This document shows positions 15,234-17,894 of a DNA stretch of 17,894 nucleotides, piece by piece (within the stretch, counting starts at the first letter, position 1; each line of letters starts with the position of its first letter). The notes beneath the pieces are model-generated. The model saw nothing but the letters and a program-made list of their open reading frames with translations. It searched no databases and was not told the origin of the DNA. The stretch comes from an uncultured Candidatus Bathyarchaeia archaeon (GTDB lineage: Archaea; Thermoproteota; Bathyarchaeia; Bathyarchaeales; Bathycorpusculaceae), in contig CAYVGZ010000026.1 of the NCBI GenBank assembly GCA_964450845.1, positions 1-17,894 of the forward strand. The letters run 5' to 3'. A program made the translations under genes and the position numbers.

Positions 15234-16475
15234 ATGCCCTTCCTCGGAACTCTCAGACAGGAATTCTCGTTTATAAGAGGAAACTATGCAGTTCTGATAG
15301 CAAGCTGGATAATGATAGATTTCGCCATGGAATTGCCAGCCACCTACTACGGGCTCTACGTGCTTGGACTTGGCGCCACTGAAACCATTCTAGGCGTGAT
15401 AGGACTCGCCCAATTCTTAGCGTTGGCTTCGTTGCAGTTTCCTGGTGGCTACTTAGCAGATAAATACGGGAGAAAATGGCTCATCTCAACAATGACTTTC
15501 GGCGTAGCCCTTAGCTTCATACTCTACGCAGTCGCACCATCATGGCCATTTATACTCATCGGCGCAGTTCTAATGAGTATATTCAACTCAACTTATCAAC
15601 CAGCCCTAAACGCAATGATTTCTGACTCGCTACCACCAGAAAGAAGAGGAATGGGATTCAGCATACTCATGCTCATAGCAAGCGCTTCCACAACACCAAG
15701 CCCAGCCGTCGCAGCTCTACTGCGAGCTAACTTCGGACTAATCGACGGCATGAGAATAGCTTACGGCATCGTTGTAACCCTCTTTCTTACTGCAGCATTT
15801 TTCAGACTATTTTTCTTGAAAGAAACCGTCATAGGAACCTCCAAACCACGCTTGAACGAAATTATACATAGCTATCCGACAGCTTTGAAAGAAAGCTTCA
15901 GCGTGTGGAGAAAAGTACCCAAGTCGATGCTCTATCTGTTCTTATCATTCTCTATTGTGATCTTCGGGTTCTCGTCCATGAACCTCTTCACAGTCGTTTA
16001 TGCCACAAGAGTACTCCTCATAGACGAGATAATGTGGGGATTTATCGCTGCAATCATCCCTATAACCACAATTATCTTAGCCATACCTATAGGCAAGCTT
16101 GTGGACAAAATCGAGAGGAAAATACCCATTCTCATCTCACTGCTGATCTTCGGGTTAGCAATTTGGGTCTTCATGAATGGAGACCTAGCAAAGGTTGCGG
16201 TATCACTGATCCTTCTAGGCGCAGGACAAGTAATGCTGAACGCTTCTTTTGGAGCATTACAGACAGATTTAACGCCAAAAGAGCAACGCGGGAAAGTAAA
16301 TGGCTTCATTAACTTCGCCAACTACATAATCATGGCAATGGGCAGCCTACTTGGCGGATATTTATATGAACATGCATCCCCTCAAACACCATTCATGGTC
16401 GCCATAGCAACAATCTTTCCCTCATTCCTGCTAATCTTAATGTTGGTGAAAGAACCAGAAAAAAGAGAAGAATAA
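15234..16475 (+). CDS. Major facilitator superfamily transporter
   Basis: About 12 TM segments, MFS motif A GGYLADKYGRK and its C-half repeat GKLVDKIERK, and PPERRG. Start refined to ATG 15234 behind AGGAGG. Confidence 0.92.
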   Translation: MPFLGTLRQEFSFIRGNYAVLIASWIMIDFAMELPATYYGLYVLGLGATETILGVIGLAQFLALASLQFPGGYLADKYGRKWLISTMTFGVALSFILYAVAPSWPFILIGAVLMSIFNSTYQPALNAMISDSLPPERRGMGFSILMLIASASTTPSPAVAALLRANFGLIDGMRIAYGIVVTLFLTAAFFRLFFLKETVIGTSKPRLNEIIHSYPTALKESFSVWRKVPKSMLYLFLSFSIVIFGFSSMNLFTVVYATRVLLIDEIMWGFIAAIIPITTIILAIPIGKLVDKIERKIPILISLLIFGLAIWVFMNGDLAKVAVSLILLGAGQVMLNASFGALQTDLTPKEQRGKVNGFINFANYIIMAMGSLLGGYLYEHASPQTPFMVAIATIFPSFLLILMLVKEPEKREE

Positions 16476-16560
16476 CCTGACAGAGTTCGCAATAATAGAA
16501 CGAAGGGTTCAATCTATATATAAGGGGGCTATAAACTCCGCTGAGAGCAATATCTCCCAC

Positions 16561-16580
16561 CAAAAAAGCATAATATAAAA
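16561..16580 (+). promoter_or_regulatory. Putative BRE/TATA promoter of the E1 alpha/beta operon
   Basis: CAAAAAAGCA-TAATATAAAA about 40 nt upstream of ATG 16621. Confidence 0.5.
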
Positions 16581-16620
16581 GTATCCAGTCTATAAAAAGT
16601 AAGCCAACTCAAACCAAAGG

Positions 16621-17598
16621 ATGGGAAAACAAATGACACTAAAACTAACCAAAGACATGCTTGTTGAAATGCATAAGCAAATGCTTAAAATCCGCTTTTT
16701 CGAAGAAAAAGTCTTCGACCTCTACGCCCAAAACCTTGTTCCAGGCACAATCCACCTTTACCTCGGAGAAGAAGCCATAGCAGTAGGCGTCTGTAGCGTC
16801 CTCAGAAAAGACGATTACATCACTAGCACGCATAGGGGACATGGACACTGTATAGCAAAAGGTGCGGACCTAAAACGCACAATGGCTGAGATATTAGGCA
16901 AGAAAACAGGTTACTGCAAAGGCAAAGGAGGCTCCATGCACATCGCAGACTTCAGCATAGGAATGCTAGGCGCAACAGCAGTCGTCGGAGCTGGATTGCC
17001 AATAGCTGTTGGCGCAGGGTTATCCGCAAAACTTAGAAAAACAGACCAAGTCGTCGCATGTTTCTTCGGAGATGGAGCCTCAAACCAAGGAACATTCCAC
17101 GAAAGCATAAACATGGCATCCACATGGCACTTGCCAGTAATCTTCGTCTGCGAAAACAACCTTTACGCCATGGGAACACGCCAATCAAGAGTCATGAACA
17201 TTGAAAACATTGCAGACAGAGCCACAGCCTACGGAATTCCAGGCATAGTTGTAGACGGAAACGATGTCTTAGCAGTTCATGAAGCTACGCAGAAAGCTGT
17301 TGAAAGAGCCAGAAAAGGCGAAGGACCAACACTTATCGAATGCAAAACTTATAGGCATAAGGGGCATTCACGAGTCGACCCAGCCAAATACCGACCCAAA
17401 GAAGAAGTTGAAGAATGGCTAGCTAAAGACCCAATCAAACGCTTTAAGGAAAAGCTCTTGCAAACACACACTCTAAAAGAATCCGAAATTCAACAAATCG
17501 AAAAAGAAATCGCAGTCGAAATTGAAGAAACAGTCAAATTTGCCAAGGAAAGCCCATATCCAGCCCCAGAAGAGGCTTTAGAGGACGTATACGCATAA
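16621..17598 (+). CDS. pdhA: TPP-dependent 2-oxoacid/acetoin dehydrogenase E1 alpha subunit (PdhA/AcoA-like)
   Basis: HLYLGEEA, STHRGHGH, GKGGSMH, TPP motif GDGASNQG...ENN, and TYRHKGHS..D. The substrate (pyruvate or acetoin) cannot be resolved by eye. Alternative start is ATG 16633. Confidence 0.92.
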   Translation: MGKQMTLKLTKDMLVEMHKQMLKIRFFEEKVFDLYAQNLVPGTIHLYLGEEAIAVGVCSVLRKDDYITSTHRGHGHCIAKGADLKRTMAEILGKKTGYCKGKGGSMHIADFSIGMLGATAVVGAGLPIAVGAGLSAKLRKTDQVVACFFGDGASNQGTFHESINMASTWHLPVIFVCENNLYAMGTRQSRVMNIENIADRATAYGIPGIVVDGNDVLAVHEATQKAVERARKGEGPTLIECKTYRHKGHSRVDPAKYRPKEEVEEWLAKDPIKRFKEKLLQTHTLKESEIQQIEKEIAVEIEETVKFAKESPYPAPEEALEDVYA

Positions 17599-17616
17599 AT
17601 TAAGGAGGAATCAAAT

Positions 17617-17894
17617 GTGCGGAAAATAACTTATAGAGAAGCCTTAAAAGAAGCCTTAAAAGAAGAAATGCAACGAGACTCAACAGTCTTTCTTTTAGGC
17701 GAAGACATTGGCAAATATTGGGGTGGAGCTTTCAAAGTAACAGAAGGCTTAGCAGAAGAATTTGGGGACGAAAGAGTCAGGGATACGCCAATATCGGAAT
17801 CAACCATCATTGGCACAGCAGTAGGTGCAGCAATAACTGGAATGCGTCCAGTAGCGGAAATAATGTTTGGAGACCTAACAGCCCTAGCCATGGA
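17617..17894 (+). CDS. pdhB: TPP-dependent dehydrogenase E1 beta subunit (PdhB/AcoB-like), 3'-truncated; absent from the ORF track
   Basis: My translation from GTG 17617 (behind AGGAGG): [101 protein letters not shown] and RPVAEI are E1 beta motifs. Confidence 0.93.
   Translation, partial: MRKITYREALKEALKEEMQRDSTVFLLGEDIGKYWGGAFKVTEGLAEEFGDERVRDTPISESTIIGTAVGAAITGMRPVAEIMFGDLTALAM

Noticed and set aside
11226-17598. Apparent G/T-rich versus A/C-rich switching among + strand genes (11521-11580: G20/C10; 15541-15600: G8/C15), suggesting an origin, terminus or HGT boundary near parB
   Set aside because: Other 60-nt spot counts, including within parB, were inconsistent and are confounded by amino-acid composition. 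A proper cumulative skew and third-position analysis would be needed.
17637-17665. 12-bp tandem repeat AGAAGCCTTAAA x2 at the start of E1 beta
   Set aside because: It encodes EALK-EALK within the normal N-terminal helix (REAxxEAxxEEM) and causes no length change, so it is ordinary codon repetition.
82-17891. The many overlapping alternative-frame ORFs in the track (e.g. 1100-1543, 2309-2728, 9613-9843, 13612-14025, 15905-16312, 17631-17891)
   Set aside because: They are antisense or frame-shifted shadows of well-supported genes, with no family motifs. 17631-17891 is simply the antisense of the E1 beta gene.
1-17894. CRISPR array, tRNA/rRNA, IS element, provirus or defence island
   Set aside because: I saw no regularly spaced repeats, cloverleaf sequences, terminal inverted repeats, transposase/integrase/capsid genes or recognisable defence genes. 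Intergenic gaps are all under about 250 nt.

Overview
This is a gene-dense archaeal chromosomal window. Evidence for archaeal origin: TATA/BRE-type promoters, GGAG/GGTG Shine-Dalgarno sites, a single-OB crenarchaeal-style SSB and a DUF2099 gene. Bathyarchaeia/TACK is my inference, not a search result. I support 22 CDSs, two of them cut by the window edges: DUF2099 (methanogenesis marker 8), two class I SAM methyltransferases flanking ssb, malic enzyme, a membrane-anchored helix-hairpin-helix protein, a small basic protein, a PPC/DUF296 protein, a RimI/Ard1 acetyltransferase, a UPF0104 flippase-like protein, a radical SAM enzyme, a three-gene ABC-2 exporter, an HDIG hydrolase, a 2-TM protein, a ParB-ASCH fusion, DUF362, DUF3795, an MFS transporter, and E1 alpha/beta of a TPP-dependent pyruvate/acetoin-type dehydrogenase. 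I saw no tRNA, rRNA, CRISPR array, integrase or transposase. The most unusual item is an orphan Spo0J/ParB protein. It keeps the CTP-binding motif and HTH, but its C-terminal domain is an ASCH domain with the residue pattern of the YqfB N4-acetylcytidine amidohydrolase. Other leads: a ComEA-like membrane-tethered HhH protein, an RGG-tailed SSB without an acidic tip, an ABC ATPase with a His-to-Asn switch residue, and a structured intergenic region before the MFS gene. All family calls come from motif recognition by eye. Several start sites were refined from the ORF track using RBS position.
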